The notes below the pieces were generated by a model, which saw only the letters and a program-made list of their open reading frames with translations, did no database searches and was not told where the DNA came from. The position numbers were made by a program, and so were the translations under genes. Positions 62,590 through 64,000 of a stretch of DNA of 64,000 bases are shown here, piece after piece (position 1 is the stretch's first letter; each line of letters starts with the position of its first letter). Source of the DNA: Camelus dromedarius (lineage: Eukaryota); contig NC_087437.1 in assembly GCF_036321535.1 (NCBI RefSeq), forward strand, positions 77,998,001 to 78,062,000, in the 5' to 3' direction.

Positions 62590-64000
62590 GTATTTTGTTG
62601 ATACCATCTTCCAAGTACCCAAATAATACCTATATGGAAGCTTGCTGTAGTTGCATAGGTTGTTGTTGTTGTTTTGGTCTTTTACTGAATCTCCTGGCTT
62701 TTGCATTGCTGTTTCTGCTTTAGATGGTGTATTATGTCATGTGCATACTACGAAGGAAATCTGCTTACGGGGTAATACAAACCTTCATAGTGTAGGAAGA
62801 TGGATGATTTTGTTCTCTCACCTTTCTTTTTCCGTAACTTCAATTTTTTAACTTATTAGAATAGTATTAATTTTATTAACAAAAATTATATGATTAAATT
62901 TTTAAAATGACTCTTAGACAGAAATAATTAATGTCTACCTCTTTAATCCTTTGCTAAACCCACCTGGGCAATAAGCATACATTTCAGGCAATATCAGAGA
63001 TTTTAAAAACAGTATCAGCATACCAGTTTAGTTATTATATCACTGAATTAACCACTATTTTGATGCTCAGTAGCTTTGACCTTTGTGGTCTCACAGTTAA
63101 GTGACCCGGAGAATGGTTTTTCCTTCATGAAAGTCCATGACTTCAACTACAGAGGAAATGACATTTTCTAAACTAGACAGATGCTTGCCGAAAAAATATT
63201 TCCTAACCACTTGTCAGGTGGAGTGATGTGGGGGAAAACACCCAAAACACCAAAGAAGAGTAGGTGATAGAGGATATCATTTGCACATGAATAGGTCAGA
63301 ATTTCCATCAAAGCTTAGAAACCTGAGTGTTTTCCATGACACAGGAGTTCTTAAACAAGATCTTTATTTTCATTTAACAACCCATTGCTGACTTTCTTAC
63401 ATGAAAGACACGACTTTACTAAAGAGGTAAAGTTCTCTGAAGAATTTTGAATTTGTTTCCATTTACTTTTTTGTAAAATAATTTGAAAAATGTATTAAAA
63501 TCCTGGAGTTTTATGGATTTATTGTTTAAAAGAAAATGTGTATCAATAAATGCAGCAGTTAAAATTGTAGTGTGTCTTTAGTAAGATACATTTATCATTG
63601 GTAAGTTAATGTCATGAATTAGTAATTAATACTAAAATTTGTATTGAGGTCACTGATAATGTTTCTATGAGTATATGGAATTCTGTATAGATTTTGTAGT
63701 TTGAAAATAATATTATCTATTATTTTCTAAATAACTAGGTACATATGTGTACATATATATTTTCATATTTTTTATAATAGAATAAATAGGGACCCTTTTT
63801 TGAGAGCGTCCCGAGAATTATTTTAAGGCAAAATTTGCTTTGTAAGAAACGTGGAATAAATTTAGTCTATAATGACATGGAAATTTGGGATAGATGACTA
63901 TTTTTTTAAATTAGTAAGTGGCATATAATATTCTGCATGTTGATTTCTTGGTCTATAAAATGGGCCTTGACAAGGAGGAGGGCTGGAGAGGGAACTGAAT

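Noticed and set aside
1..64000. CRISPR arrays, operons or other prokaryotic-type systems
   Set aside because: The sequence is clearly mammalian, with no regularly spaced repeat-spacer arrays or gene-dense regions.

Overview
This is AT-rich, repeat-dense eutherian genomic DNA, most likely camelid (alpaca, llama or camel), judged from a Vic-1-type tRNA-Ala-derived SINE at ~59.7 kb and a cetartiodactyl-type L1 3' tail at ~47.8 kb. I recognise no protein-coding exon and cannot name a host gene; it reads as a large intron or an intergenic region. Much of it is decayed transposable elements: a near-full-length Tigger1, several L1 pieces, MaLR/ERVL LTRs and internal remnants, MER82/MER58/MER5/MER63/MER94 DNA elements, L2 and MIR. 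Repeat-poor unique blocks (about 1-3.3 kb, 36.8-40.2 kb, 50.3-54.4 kb and 61-64 kb) may be regulatory. Most ORFs in the supplied track are chance ORFs or transposon debris. I found no convincing novel biological system. The best leads are a candidate 9-nt microexon (403-411), an L1 whose 5' UTR joins directly to the end of ORF2 (possibly a spliced copy), an isolated L1 5' tip with an apparent target-site duplication (TSD), a micro-inversion of a MER82 terminus, a duplication-built G-quadruplex motif and an unusually long 270-codon ORF. Repeat family names come from my recollection of consensus sequences, not from a database run. Boundaries are approximate unless a TSD or terminal inverted repeat (TIR) is cited.
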